DNA of 64,000 bases from Gemmatimonadota bacterium (GCA_039586795.1 JBDHJS010000017.1:51168-115167), one strand, 5' to 3'. Shown: positions 49,402 to 60,003, numbered from the stretch's first letter. Translations and numbers: made by a program. The notes: generated from the sequence alone by a model not told the origin.

Positions 49402-50700
49402 ATGAACAGATCTGGAGTTGTCACGGCGCTAGGCGCCCTCGGCCGCAACTTCGTCGCGCGGACCCGAGCCGCAGGTCTATTCCTGGCGGGCTTCACGGCT
49501 TGCTTCGCATTCGTCGTGTTGCTCGGCGCCACGCGGTCCAACGAGTCCGTCGCGCCGGCATCGGCAACCGCAGAGCTGGACGTCTACTATCCAGGTACCG
49601 AGGAGCTGGCCCCGGACGAGATGCGCGTGGTGGCGCTCGGCACAGGGATGCCCAGTCCCCGACCCAAACAGGCTGCGGCCTGCTGGCTAGTTGAGCTGGG
49701 CAACGGGGACAAGTTCATCTTCGACATCGGAGCCGGCTGTCACGAGCGACTCGCGGCCCAGAAGATTCCGTACGATGAGATCGACAAGGTGTTCATCGGC
49801 CACCTGCACGTCGATCACTACGGCGACCTTCCGAGCTTCTGGTTGGGCGGAACGACCATGAACCGCCTCACTCCCTTACGCATCTGGGGTCCCAGCGGCC
49901 ACGCGCCCGAGTACGGCACGGCGCACGCGATGGATCGGATGTACGAAATGTACAAGTGGGACCTCGGGACCCGAGAGGGCCTGATCGACTTCCGCGGTGG
50001 CATCCTTGAGGTTCACGAATTCCCGTATGATGCAGTCAACGAAGTCATCTTCGACGAGAACGGGGTTGTGATCCGAACCTTCCCGGCGATTCATGTGCTG
50101 GACGGCGCGGTCAGCTTTGTCCTCGAGTGGAACGGTCTGACCTTCGCGTACTCCAGCGACACATACCCGAACAAGTGGTGGATCGAGCACACGCAGGGCG
50201 CCGACATCTCGATCCATGAGTGCTTCCTTGCGTCGTCGCTGCTAATCACCAAGCAAGGGTTTACCCCGGCGGAAGCGCTGCAGGTCGGTACCCAGGCGCA
50301 TACGTCTCCGGAGCAGTTCGGCCGGGTCATGTCCCTCACACAGCCGCGCATGGCCGTTGGGTACCATTTCCAAAATGATTTTGACACCGGGCAAGAGGCG
50401 TTTGCCCGTGTACGCAAGACCTACGATGGACCACTAGCCCTCGCAGAGGACTACATGGTCTTCAACGTTACGGCGGACAACATTCGCGTCCGAATGTCCG
50501 CCGTCGACGAGTCGATCTTCCCGCCGCCGCCTCAGAAGGAAAAACAAGCGCCGGACGTGAGCAAGATGGTTCCGATGTCCGATTTTGTGCGCGGGGGCGC
50601 CGAGGCATTTCCTGATGTCGTGAGGCAGATCTACGAGGAGATCAACGAGATGTACGGGACGGATATTGAAGTTCCGGATGCTGGAGGCAGCAACGAGTAG
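49402..50700 (+). CDS. MBL-fold hydrolase, RNase Z/AtsA/GntH-like
   Basis: LGTGMP, FDIGAG, HLHVDHYGD, AIH, SSDT, IHEC, AHTSP, YHF. Confidence 0.85.
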   Translation: MNRSGVVTALGALGRNFVARTRAAGLFLAGFTACFAFVVLLGATRSNESVAPASATAELDVYYPGTEELAPDEMRVVALGTGMPSPRPKQAAACWLVELGNGDKFIFDIGAGCHERLAAQKIPYDEIDKVFIGHLHVDHYGDLPSFWLGGTTMNRLTPLRIWGPSGHAPEYGTAHAMDRMYEMYKWDLGTREGLIDFRGGILEVHEFPYDAVNEVIFDENGVVIRTFPAIHVLDGAVSFVLEWNGLTFAYSSDTYPNKWWIEHTQGADISIHECFLASSLLITKQGFTPAEALQVGTQAHTSPEQFGRVMSLTQPRMAVGYHFQNDFDTGQEAFARVRKTYDGPLALAEDYMVFNVTADNIRVRMSAVDESIFPPPPQKEKQAPDVSKMVPMSDFVRGGAEAFPDVVRQIYEEINEMYGTDIEVPDAGGSNE

Positions 50701-50737
50701 GATGCGGCCTCGAACCCCGACGAGATAGCCTAAGCAA

Positions 50738-52666
50738 CTATCTCCCAAGCACCTCGCGGACGGCGCGGTGGGCCTCGGCGAACGAGGCCTCGGCCATGGC
50801 GTAGTTCGCGGCGTCGCAGTTCGCGATGGCGATGCGGCCGAAGGGCTCGCGAGCGCGCAGCCACGGACGCTCACGCGCCGGCCAGTCGGGGGTCCACACC
50901 ACCTCGTCCGTGGTGGGGTCCTGGAAGAAGACGTAGCCGTGGGGCCAACGGTTGACGGTGATCGCCTCGATGTCCCGGGCCGGATCGAATCCGCCGTCGC
51001 CGAGCATGCGCGCCAGCTGATCGCGGATCTTGCGTTCGAACACCTCAAAAGAGGTGACCTGTAGCTCGCGCATTCCGTTCTTCCACTGCTCCGGCGCCGG
51101 CAATCCCGGATAGAGCGGCGTGCGATACAGCTGCAACACCATCGGTTCGTCCGGCGTGCGCGGGCACTGATACTCGCCCATGCTGATCGGATCGCACAGA
51201 CCCACGACGTCGTGATAGCTCCCGGGACAGAACGCGTCGCTGAGCCCCAATCGCTGGAAGGCCTCCCAGTTGCGGATCAACACACTGGTGTACACCCTGG
51301 GCGCTTTCAGCGCGTACGACTGCGCCTCGCGCTGCGCCCCGGGAAGCTCCGGACACATGAACGGAATCATCGCGTTGTAGCAGGCCAGCACGCAGGAACG
51401 GCCCCGCACCCGCCGCGCCCGGCCCGAGTGTACGTACGTAATCTCTACCTCGCTCGAGCTTTCGTCCTCCCCGACGTGTCGCACGCGCACCGCCGTGCTA
51501 TTCAGCCGGATCCGCACGGGCCCGCCATCACGATCGAGCTGCGTGTAATCGAAGCGCGCCGTCACGATGTCCTCCGCGCTACTGCCCGGTGCGGAGGCCG
51601 GGATCATGCTTCGCACCAGCAGACGCGCGATCGATGCGTTGCCATCAGGGAAGCGGAAGTACTGCCCGCTGGTGGGCGTGACTACGGGGAAGACCCCCTC
51701 GCCAGGCTCAGAGTCGGGGAAGCCCATGCCCTGGAAGCCCGGGAAGCCAGTTAGCCGGGCCATCTCTGCCGGTAACGCGTCATTGCCGATTCCCCAGTAC
51801 CCCTGCCGCCAGGTCTGGAAGTAGGGCATCAGACCGGCGTCGACCTTGACGAGATCCGTGAGGAACTGGAGATAGGACATCCGGCTCAGGAGGCGCGTCT
51901 TCTCCTCCAGCGACCGGCCGGGCAGGTAGTCCACCCGGTCCTCGTGAAGCCGTGCGACGTCCCTGCGCGCCGACTCGGACAGCGGCATCCGGGCCAGCAG
52001 CTCGTGCAGCTCGAGTCCGTCCTGTCCGACCACTAGCCGATCGACTCCGAACGTTTCCTCGTCGAAGAAGACACCGGGTCTGAGCCCCAACGAAGGATAC
52101 AGCTCTGCGTCATTGAACTCGGCGTAGCGCCCGACGTCGATGCCGAGCTCGCGGATCATCGCCTGAGACGGCTCGTCGTACGCGCTCAGGTCCTCAATGT
52201 TGATCGTGCCCCCGTTGATCAGCAGCGTGCGGTCCCCCGAACGAAACTCGTTGCGCGTGGCGTGTCCCCCGAAGTCGTCGCAGTTGTCCAGCACCAGGAT
52301 GCGTGCCTCGGGCCCGACCGCTTTGCAGAAGAAGTACGCCGCCGCCAACCCACTGAGGCCGCCGCCCACCACGACCAGATCGTAGCTCTCACCCGTCTCG
52401 GCTTCCGGCCCCAGGTCGTCCCAGCGCGCGCCGTCGCGCAGCGCGTGCGCCACCTCGAACGACCCGGGGTGGCTGCCCCGCATCCCCTCCGCGGCCGGCG
52501 GGTAGTACGCGGCCTCTTCCTGCAGCGCAGATGCGGCTTGGGCAGATCTGAAGGCCGCCCAAGGACCCGCTATCACCGAGCCGGTGATCGCAACCCCCAC
52601 ACCGCTGATGAAATCGCGCCGCGTGATGGTCCGATCCATCCCTAATTCCCGATCGCTCCGCTTCAT
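50738..52666 (-). CDS. Tat-exported FAD oxidoreductase, spermidine dehydrogenase SpdH-like
   Basis: ITRRDFISG Tat motif; YYPP..GMRGSHPGSFEVAH, VVGGGLSGL, DDFGGHA.RNEF, FPDGNASIAR, TVNRWPHGY. Confidence 0.85.
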   Translation of the reverse strand: MKRSDRELGMDRTITRRDFISGVGVAITGSVIAGPWAAFRSAQAASALQEEAAYYPPAAEGMRGSHPGSFEVAHALRDGARWDDLGPEAETGESYDLVVVGGGLSGLAAAYFFCKAVGPEARILVLDNCDDFGGHATRNEFRSGDRTLLINGGTINIEDLSAYDEPSQAMIRELGIDVGRYAEFNDAELYPSLGLRPGVFFDEETFGVDRLVVGQDGLELHELLARMPLSESARRDVARLHEDRVDYLPGRSLEEKTRLLSRMSYLQFLTDLVKVDAGLMPYFQTWRQGYWGIGNDALPAEMARLTGFPGFQGMGFPDSEPGEGVFPVVTPTSGQYFRFPDGNASIARLLVRSMIPASAPGSSAEDIVTARFDYTQLDRDGGPVRIRLNSTAVRVRHVGEDESSSEVEITYVHSGRARRVRGRSCVLACYNAMIPFMCPELPGAQREAQSYALKAPRVYTSVLIRNWEAFQRLGLSDAFCPGSYHDVVGLCDPISMGEYQCPRTPDEPMVLQLYRTPLYPGLPAPEQWKNGMRELQVTSFEVFERKIRDQLARMLGDGGFDPARDIEAITVNRWPHGYVFFQDPTTDEVVWTPDWPARERPWLRAREPFGRIAIANCDAANYAMAEASFAEAHRAVREVLGR

Positions 52667-52688
52667 GCTTCGCCTCCCGAGCGTATCT

Positions 52689-54287
52689 CTACTCTTCGCC
52701 GCCCTTCCGCGGAATCCTCGTATCGCTCATCGCCGCATGGTACACGAACGAGGCCATGATGACCGCGTTCTTCATCAGGTCCTCGATGGGAAGGGTATCG
52801 AAGAAATCCAGATTCGTGTGACCGCCGGTGCCACCGACTCGCGCCTGAAGGAACTGGAACGCCGGCAAGCCCGCATTGTCGAACGGCACGTGATCGGTAC
52901 TACCCACGCTCCGTATCGACAGCGTCGTCATCCCCATGTCTCCGAACGGTTCCATCCACGCCGCGAACGTCTGCCGGACATGCTCGTTACCTTGCAGCCA
53001 GACGCCCCGATACTGCCCCGGACCGTAGTCCTGGTTGAAGTACACCGAGAACTTCTCGTAGTCGGGGGTGACACCTACAGCGTTGTCGTTGGGATCGCCG
53101 AAGTGCTCCTTCACATACGCCCGAGAACCGTAGATGCCCTGCTCCTCGCCTGACCACAGCGCGACGCGGATGGTGCGACGCGGCCTCACACCTATTGCGT
53201 TGAGGATGCGCGCCGCCTCTAGCATCACAGCCACCCCCGACGTGTTGTCGCTGGCGTTGGGGCTTGCGTGCCAGGTGTCGAAGTGAGCGCCCAACATCAC
53301 GACCTCATCCGCCAGGTCACTGCCTGGGATCTCGCCCAGTACGTTGCGCGCCTGCTCCACCGACTCACCGTGGCTATTGCGGATCTCGACTTCGACAGTG
53401 ACCGGGATGTCCCGCGCCACGATCCGGTACATGCGGTTGTAGTGTTCTGGCGTAACGGCGATGACGGGCAGTGAACCGAGCGTGGCCTCACGCGACCAGC
53501 TATCGCTTTTGGCGCCCGGGCGAGCGAAACCCCGCACCGCTCCTGGCCAGCCGCTGCTGGATTCGAGGACGACCGCGACCCCTTCGCTCTTGAAGAAGGC
53601 CAGTCGCTCCTCGGCGCTCACTCTGTCCGGATTCTCCAAGCGGTCCCGATATAGACGGGGGGTCGGCGGTGTCTGAGGCGGCACTACATCTTCCTCGAGC
53701 TGCCGCATCTCCTCGTCCGTTCGACGAGGCACACCTCTGGCAAACCGTTCCAGGTTGATGGTCGGTGGGGGCGTCGCGAGCACGGCCATCCCGCGGAGCT
53801 GGCCACGGTATCTCTCCAGGTCCTGAGTCGTCTGGACGTGGGCGATGACGACGCCGAGCGTCTGCTTGCCCCCAGTCCCCGGAGTATGGGCGATGGGATA
53901 CCCGACCATCGGCTGATAGTCCGGCTCGATCAGATGCAGCGAGAAGTACTCGTTGTCCCAGCTCACCCCGTAGTCCATGAACGGCTCGACGTGGATGTTC
54001 AACAATCCGATGCGCTCCATCTCCTCCACGACCCAGGTCTGGGCGCGTTTCATGTCGCGGGAGTTCGTGAGACGAGCGCCCAGCACGTCGGTCATGTACG
54101 AGAGGGTGGCGGCGAGCTGGGAGCGCTGTAGTCCCTCCTCGCGGATGCGGGCCACCGTCTGCCAGTCGACCGGGTGCGCTACCGCGTCGGCTTCTTGTGA
54201 GGTCCGCGCGGACTGAGCGGCGGAATTCGTCCACCCAAGGGTAATCGCCGCGAATGTGATGATCAGACTCAGGAGTGAGGAGCGCAT
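52689..54287 (-). CDS. Secreted M28 family metallopeptidase (carboxypeptidase Q-like)
   Basis: Signal peptide; GARLTNS, GAHFDTWH, DNTSG, WSGEEQG, GSTDH, HTNLD. Confidence 0.88.
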   Translation of the reverse strand: MRSSLLSLIITFAAITLGWTNSAAQSARTSQEADAVAHPVDWQTVARIREEGLQRSQLAATLSYMTDVLGARLTNSRDMKRAQTWVVEEMERIGLLNIHVEPFMDYGVSWDNEYFSLHLIEPDYQPMVGYPIAHTPGTGGKQTLGVVIAHVQTTQDLERYRGQLRGMAVLATPPPTINLERFARGVPRRTDEEMRQLEEDVVPPQTPPTPRLYRDRLENPDRVSAEERLAFFKSEGVAVVLESSSGWPGAVRGFARPGAKSDSWSREATLGSLPVIAVTPEHYNRMYRIVARDIPVTVEVEIRNSHGESVEQARNVLGEIPGSDLADEVVMLGAHFDTWHASPNASDNTSGVAVMLEAARILNAIGVRPRRTIRVALWSGEEQGIYGSRAYVKEHFGDPNDNAVGVTPDYEKFSVYFNQDYGPGQYRGVWLQGNEHVRQTFAAWMEPFGDMGMTTLSIRSVGSTDHVPFDNAGLPAFQFLQARVGGTGGHTNLDFFDTLPIEDLMKNAVIMASFVYHAAMSDTRIPRKGGEE

Positions 54288-54375
54288 GGTGGACCGTCCC
54301 AAGTTTGGAGGGCTGCGACTGCAATGGGCCTTCCCCACACGAATCACTGCGTGCGGGGAAGGCCAGGTAGATCCG

Positions 54376-55188
54376 TTATGGCAGCGTCGCGATCCAGCTC
54401 CCGTCCGCGAACCACTTCGACTGCAACTCTTCCACCGCACCCAGGCCGGCGAGGCCGTCGAGATAGTTCTGTACCAGGCTGCGGAACATGAGATCGTTCG
54501 CCGGCACAGCGATGCCTATGGGCTCGATGGTCAGCGGCTCGGTGAGGGTGGCCAATCCACGATCCGGATAGCGCAGCACCGAGAGAACGCAGATCGGCAT
54601 ATCCGCGACCAGGGCGTCGACGGTGTCGTCGATGACCATCTGGACCGCCTCATCATAGTCGTCTACCGCCACGAGCTGTGCTTCGGGCACGTAGCGCTCG
54701 ATGAACGCCTGGCTTGTCGAGCCCGCGAGCGCCGCCAACTTGAGGTCCGCCTGGTTGATGTCAACGGCCTCTTCGGCGGCAGCCAACGCCCGAGAGTTCG
54801 TGAGGATCGATTTCCCGGAGACCATGTACGGTCCGACGAACAGCGCGTCGCGTGCCCGTTCCGCCGTGATCGCCATCCCGGATATTACCATGTCGACTTC
54901 GCCCGCCTCCAGCGCCGCGCGGAGCTGACCGAACGGCTTGTTGACGATGCTCAGCTCGACCCCCATCGCGCCGGCCAGCAGAGTCGCCAGATCGACGTCC
55001 AGGCCAGCCATCGCGCCGCTGCGGTTGCGGAAGTTGAAGGGCGGCTGGTTCCCAGACATCCCTACGCGGAGAGTTTGGGTCTCCATCACTCTGTCGAGGA
55101 CCGGCGCATCCTGCGCCGCCAGATCGCTGACCGTCAGCGCGAAAACCAGGATGAAGAGGCTGAGTACGAGACTTCTTAGTCGGGGCAT
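54376..55188 (-). CDS. Amino-acid ABC transporter substrate-binding protein (family 3), orphan
   Basis: Signal peptide; LRVGMSGNQPPF, GLDVDLA, SGMAITAER, GSTS, EPIGIA. Confidence 0.88.
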   Translation of the reverse strand: MPRLRSLVLSLFILVFALTVSDLAAQDAPVLDRVMETQTLRVGMSGNQPPFNFRNRSGAMAGLDVDLATLLAGAMGVELSIVNKPFGQLRAALEAGEVDMVISGMAITAERARDALFVGPYMVSGKSILTNSRALAAAEEAVDINQADLKLAALAGSTSQAFIERYVPEAQLVAVDDYDEAVQMVIDDTVDALVADMPICVLSVLRYPDRGLATLTEPLTIEPIGIAVPANDLMFRSLVQNYLDGLAGLGAVEELQSKWFADGSWIATLP

Positions 55189-55282
55189 CGGACTTCTCCG
55201 GCTGTAAACGTGGTGTCTTAGCGGGCCCCAGCACCAAATCTGGGGCGCTACTTGTGTGTGAGTGGCAGCCAGTATCGCGGAA

Positions 55283-55317
55283 GCGGGCTGCGCTGGCAAG
55301 GGTGGTGCGCAGCCCGC
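55283..55317. terminator. Hairpin downstream of the LA_2272-like gene
   Basis: gcgggctgcgc ... gcgcagcccgc, 11-bp arms. Confidence 0.5.
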
Positions 55318-55355
55318 GTGGGTGAATCCGGCCTGAATAGGAAGCGAGAGCGCGG

Positions 55356-55841
55356 TTAGTCCTCGAACCCCCAGTTGGCGATTATCATGACCGGAAACAT
55401 CCCGCCCTCCTTGATGATGTTGACCAAGCCGATCTGCACGCCGTTGGCGTGCTGTGCATAGTTGATTATGGCAAGCTGCAATCCGTTGATACGTCCGGCA
55501 CTGTTGAAGGCGCTCCACTGCAACCCCTCGACTTCGCCAGTGTTGATGCTGACGAAGCCACTCTGCCAGCCTGTAAATGATCCTCCAACGATGTTGACCG
55601 CACCCCACTGTACACCTTTCATGTCCCCGGTCAGATGATTCCCCAACCCCAGGTCGAACCCTTGCATCGATGCGTTCTTGCCGTAGAGCAGATTGAACCG
55701 GAACGCCGAGATGCTCTCATCCTCCTTGACGATCTGCACCGGGTTCACGAGCGCCAGATTGATGGGCTTCTGCGCCGCGGCGGGCCTAGCGACGATACCC
55801 GACAGAAGCAGTAACACCGCAACTGTTCCTAGTTGTTTCAT
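55356..55841 (-). CDS. LA_2272-like surface repeat protein
   Basis: Signal peptide; repeated G(V/L)Q.G.VN units; FPVMIIANW near the C-terminus. Confidence 0.8.
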   Translation of the reverse strand: MKQLGTVAVLLLLSGIVARPAAAQKPINLALVNPVQIVKEDESISAFRFNLLYGKNASMQGFDLGLGNHLTGDMKGVQWGAVNIVGGSFTGWQSGFVSINTGEVEGLQWSAFNSAGRINGLQLAIINYAQHANGVQIGLVNIIKEGGMFPVMIIANWGFED

Positions 55842-55905
55842 CTCACTCTCCCGTCAGTAGAAATGTCGCCCAAACCAACATCTGTCACACGAAGCGCCCG
55901 TCAAG

Positions 55906-57924
55906 CTAACCACCGTCCGCCACCGAGTCCTGCTTCACGTACTTACCATACCACGCCAGGTACCGCTCCAACCGATCCTTCTGGTATGAAGGGACCCGAA
56001 TGCCGTGCGACTGCCCGGGATAGACCACCAGCTGCGTCTCCCGTCCCAGGCGACGCAGCGCCTGGTAGAGCTGCTCCGAGTTCAGAATCGGCACGTTCCA
56101 ATCGTGCTCGCCGCCCATGATCAGCGTCGGCGTCACGATGTTTTCGACGTAGTTGAACGGCGAGATGCGCTCCCAGTTCTCGCGGCTCTCCCAGGGGAGC
56201 CCCAGCTCCGCCTCCCATTGCCGCTGGTAGTGATCGTGCCCGTAGTTGGAGATGTAGAGCACTTCGCTGGCGCCGGTGATCGCTGCTTTGAAGCGATCCG
56301 TCTTCGTGATGACATAGTTCGTGAGGATGCCGCCGTACGACCAACCGCCGACGCCAAGGCGTTCGGGATCCGCGTACCCCTGGGCGATGGCGTAGTCCAC
56401 ACCGGCCATCACATCCTCGTAGTCCTTGTTCCCCCAGTCGGCCCAGATCGCATACGAAAAGTCCTGGCCGTATCCCGAGGAGCCCCGCGGGTTGACCGTC
56501 ACGACCACGTAGCCGTTCGCTGCAAACAGCTGCGCCTGGAAGTTGAAGCTGTGAGAGAACTGGGAGACCGGTCCGCCGTGAATGCGCAGCAACGTGGGAT
56601 AGCGGAGTCCTTCCTGATAACCCGGCGGCAAGTAGATGAAGCCCTCGATCTCCGTCCCGTCGGCGCTCGGGAACTGGACGTTCATCGCCTGCGCCAAACG
56701 AAGGCTGCCCAGCAGCTCGTCGTTCACATGCGTCAGCTGTCGCAGGTCATTGCGCTCGATGATGAAGATCTCGTTCGGACGATCCAGGTGGCCGACAAGC
56801 GCCGCCATGAGCCCGTCCGGCCCCATCGCGAAGTCGCGCACGGCCAGACCGCCGCTGGTCAATCGATCCACATCGCCGTTCCGGGCATTCACTCTTATAA
56901 GATGATTCTCTGCGCTGTCCTCGAGCCGAGCATAGATGGAGCGTCCGTCGGCGGAGAATTCGGGTCCGCTGATGTTACGATCGAGCGAATTCGTCAAAAC
57001 CTGTGGCTCCCCACCGCTCGCGGAAACGACGGCGAGGTGATTCGTGGCGTACCAGATGATCTCGGGTTGAGTCACGGTGGTGTAGGCGATCGATTGCCCG
57101 TCCGGGCTCCAGGCCGGCGAGCCGTCGGAGCCCGGATTGGTCGTAACCTGTAGCAGCGTCGCACCCATGTCGGTGTTGTCGGCCGCCACGATCCAGATAT
57201 CGCTGTTGGCGTTGGCGTCCGGCTCTTCCGTCCGGTTGCTCACGAATGCCACGCGTGTACCGTCGGGGCTCCACACCGCCTGCGATTCATCGTAGTCGCC
57301 TGAGGTGATCTGCGAGAGCTTCTTGGTCGCCACATCGAAGACGTAGAGGTGCGTGTGTCGATTGCCGGTCAGATAGCCGGCGCGGTCGCGCTTGAACTGG
57401 AGCCGGTCGATGACCCACGGCTCCTGCGTCTCCGACTTCTTCCCTTCCGCTTCGTCCTCGTCGTCTTCGGGATCGCGAATCGCGAGGAGAAGCTTCGTCC
57501 CGTCGGGCGACCAGTCGTAGCTCGATATCCCCTGCTCCACGTCGGTCAACTGCTGCGCCTCACCGCCCAGGCGGTTGAGGGTCCACACCTGCGTCTCACC
57601 ATCGTTCCGGGATGCCATGAACGAGAGGTACCTCCCGTCCGGGCTCCAGCGCGGCCGACTGGCCGAGTAGCCCTTCGCGGTCATCGGGATCGCCTCACCG
57701 CCCTCGGCCGGGATCATCCAGATGCGGGTCTCGGACTTCTCATCCTCGAGGATCGTGCGGCCCACCGTGTATGCGACCCACTCGCCGTCTGGGCTGATCC
57801 GTGGACTGCCCACGCTACGCACGGCGAACAGATCGTGGATTTCTAGCGCACGAGGCGACTGGGCGGAGAGCGGTGTGGCCAGCGCTACGAATAGCACAAC
57901 GATGCTGAATAGGCGGCGACGCAT
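55906..57924 (-). CDS. S9 family prolyl oligopeptidase / acylaminoacyl peptidase
   Basis: Signal peptide; WSPDG propeller repeats; IHGGP, NPRGSSGYG, GWSYGG, DWNV, SHG. Confidence 0.93.
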   Translation of the reverse strand: MRRRLFSIVVLFVALATPLSAQSPRALEIHDLFAVRSVGSPRISPDGEWVAYTVGRTILEDEKSETRIWMIPAEGGEAIPMTAKGYSASRPRWSPDGRYLSFMASRNDGETQVWTLNRLGGEAQQLTDVEQGISSYDWSPDGTKLLLAIRDPEDDEDEAEGKKSETQEPWVIDRLQFKRDRAGYLTGNRHTHLYVFDVATKKLSQITSGDYDESQAVWSPDGTRVAFVSNRTEEPDANANSDIWIVAADNTDMGATLLQVTTNPGSDGSPAWSPDGQSIAYTTVTQPEIIWYATNHLAVVSASGGEPQVLTNSLDRNISGPEFSADGRSIYARLEDSAENHLIRVNARNGDVDRLTSGGLAVRDFAMGPDGLMAALVGHLDRPNEIFIIERNDLRQLTHVNDELLGSLRLAQAMNVQFPSADGTEIEGFIYLPPGYQEGLRYPTLLRIHGGPVSQFSHSFNFQAQLFAANGYVVVTVNPRGSSGYGQDFSYAIWADWGNKDYEDVMAGVDYAIAQGYADPERLGVGGWSYGGILTNYVITKTDRFKAAITGASEVLYISNYGHDHYQRQWEAELGLPWESRENWERISPFNYVENIVTPTLIMGGEHDWNVPILNSEQLYQALRRLGRETQLVVYPGQSHGIRVPSYQKDRLERYLAWYGKYVKQDSVADGG

Positions 57925-58098
57925 ACACGTGCTCCGGTATGTGGGTTTTGGGCGGCGTTCTACGAGGTACAGCAATCTACGACGCTGCAGCGGCCTCGGC
58001 ACCCGGTCCGAGGATGATTGAGATTGGCGTCGAAGCTCGAGAATTCGCACTTTGTTGTCACTCGACAAAGCCGGACTGGCCCACTACAGGAACAGCTG

Positions 58099-59610
58099 AT
58101 GACGATGAAGAAGCCTTGGCCGAAGCGCAGGGGCCCTCGAGTTGCCTCGACCGCCTTGCTGGTGGTGCTGGCAGCCTTCGCCGCCCTCGCGATCAGCGGC
58201 GTGGTCACCGCGCCGGATCGGCCCGAGCCGCTGCGGCCAGAGGATCTCTCTCGTTCGTTTTCCCGCCAGGAGATCACGCAAGACATCGACTTCCTCGTTC
58301 AGACGATCCAAGACGTCCACATCAACCCGTTCACACGGACGTCGGAGGCTGAATTCAGGCGTGCGATCGAGGAGCTCGAGGCCGGCATCGAAGAACCTCT
58401 GACGAGAACCGGTCTGTACCGGAAGCTCGCACCGACTGTGGCGATGCTGGAGGACGGCCACACGACGGTGAGCCTGCTGTCGGAAGAGATCAACGATCAT
58501 GCCCGGAATGACGGACCGTGGTTTCCACTCTCCCTATCGATCTCCGACTCGGCGACGACGGTCGTCGACAATTACTCTTCCGAGCCCTCCATCGCGCCCG
58601 GATCCCGATTGGTCTCGATCAACGGTTTAGCGATCGAGGAGATCGTTCATAACCTGACGGGCTACATCAGCAGCGGAAGTTACTCGCATCGTCTGGCGAC
58701 AGTCGAGGAGAGCTTTCTTTTCTATCTCTGGCTGGCGTACGAGTGGGAAGATCGTTTCGACATCGCATTCGCGCCTGCTGGAACGGAGGAGACGCTATCT
58801 CATACAGTTGAGGGAATCACCTACAGCGAGATCCGACAGCGAAGAGACGAGAGCGCCGTTCAACAGGACGAGCAGCCATTCGCGTTCCTCTCCGAGCCGG
58901 AAACGAGGACCGGTATTCTGGAGGTAGAGCTATTCTGGTTTCAACAGGAATTCGAGTCCTTCCTTGAAGAGTCGTTTACCGAGATCCAGGCGCAGCAGCT
59001 GGATCGCCTGATCATCGACCTCAGAGAGAACGGCGGCGGCAGCACGAACGTCAGCAGCGAGCTCCTGCGCTACATCGCGGACGAGCCCTTCCGGAACTTC
59101 GCTCGCTACGATCTCAAGATCAGCCGACAGATCAAGGAGTACTACAAGCAGCAGCTGCCAGACTGGCTTCGCTTGATTCCCCTGCAGTACCTGTTTCCGC
59201 AGGGCCGCAAGATCTGGGGCGCGCCCGACGGAACCACCGTCACTTTCGACGGGGACTTCATCGAGCCGGTAGACGCCTCCCGGCGCTTCAACGGGAACGT
59301 CATCGTCCTCGTCGGCCCGAAAACGTTCTCCGCGGCCTCCGACTTCGCCGCCACGGTGAAGGACTTCGGGTTCGGGACGTTGGTCGGCGAGGAGACAGGC
59401 GGCTTGGCCAACTCCTTCGGCGACACCTACACGTTCAGGCTGCCAAACTCACAGATCGAGGTACGCGTGTCGTACAAGTACTTCGTCAGGCCGAGCGGCG
59501 AGATCACGAAGGGAGGCGTCATGCCGGACCACCCGGTGCTGCAAACGGCTTCCGACGTGGCACACGGACGGGATCCCGCGATGGAGTTCGCCCGTTCGTT
59601 GAACAAGTAG
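58099..59610 (+). CDS. S41 family peptidase
   Basis: N-terminal TM/signal; LEDGHT, LIIDLRENGGG, TFSAA, GEETGG, GVMPD. Confidence 0.88.
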   Translation: MTMKKPWPKRRGPRVASTALLVVLAAFAALAISGVVTAPDRPEPLRPEDLSRSFSRQEITQDIDFLVQTIQDVHINPFTRTSEAEFRRAIEELEAGIEEPLTRTGLYRKLAPTVAMLEDGHTTVSLLSEEINDHARNDGPWFPLSLSISDSATTVVDNYSSEPSIAPGSRLVSINGLAIEEIVHNLTGYISSGSYSHRLATVEESFLFYLWLAYEWEDRFDIAFAPAGTEETLSHTVEGITYSEIRQRRDESAVQQDEQPFAFLSEPETRTGILEVELFWFQQEFESFLEESFTEIQAQQLDRLIIDLRENGGGSTNVSSELLRYIADEPFRNFARYDLKISRQIKEYYKQQLPDWLRLIPLQYLFPQGRKIWGAPDGTTVTFDGDFIEPVDASRRFNGNVIVLVGPKTFSAASDFAATVKDFGFGTLVGEETGGLANSFGDTYTFRLPNSQIEVRVSYKYFVRPSGEITKGGVMPDHPVLQTASDVAHGRDPAMEFARSLNK

Positions 59611-59635
59611 TGTGAGCCGCCCGCCCCCAAGATCC

Positions 59636-59941
59636 CTAGGAATCGTCCCGGCCGATCTCCAGCAGATGCTCGACGGCCCGCTCTAGGAGCAGGTCGCGGC
59701 CCTCGGCAATCGCCGCGGCCCGATCGAGAACCTCCACATCCGGAACCAGTCCGACCCCGACGAAATCCTCACCCTCGGGCGTCAGGTCCCGCTTGGTGGT
59801 GATGCCCGCAACGACGCCGTGGGGAAGCCTAAGAATCAATGGTTGGCCCGTGCTGCCGGCGGTCGTGGTTCCCATGGTCGTGACCTGCGGCATCTGCTGC
59901 ATCACCAGGACGAAGTTCTCCGCCGCCGAATAGGTGTAGGC
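59636..59941 (-). pseudogene. C-terminal remnant of a second S41 peptidase
   Basis: TYSAAENF...GTTTAGSTGQP...GVGLVPDVEV...LERAVEHL; immediately upstream are a hairpin and a terminator, with no N-terminal domain and no IDLRxNGGG. Confidence 0.75.
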
Positions 59942-60003
59942 GAAATGCGTAGGGCGGGCGCGAGGATGGCAATGAGCACATGCAGCGGATGTGCTCGCGA
60001 TAA

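Noticed and set aside
49402..50700. Guanitoxin biosynthesis implied by the GntH-like hydrolase
   Set aside because: No other gnt-like genes are present; the family is a broad MBL hydrolase group
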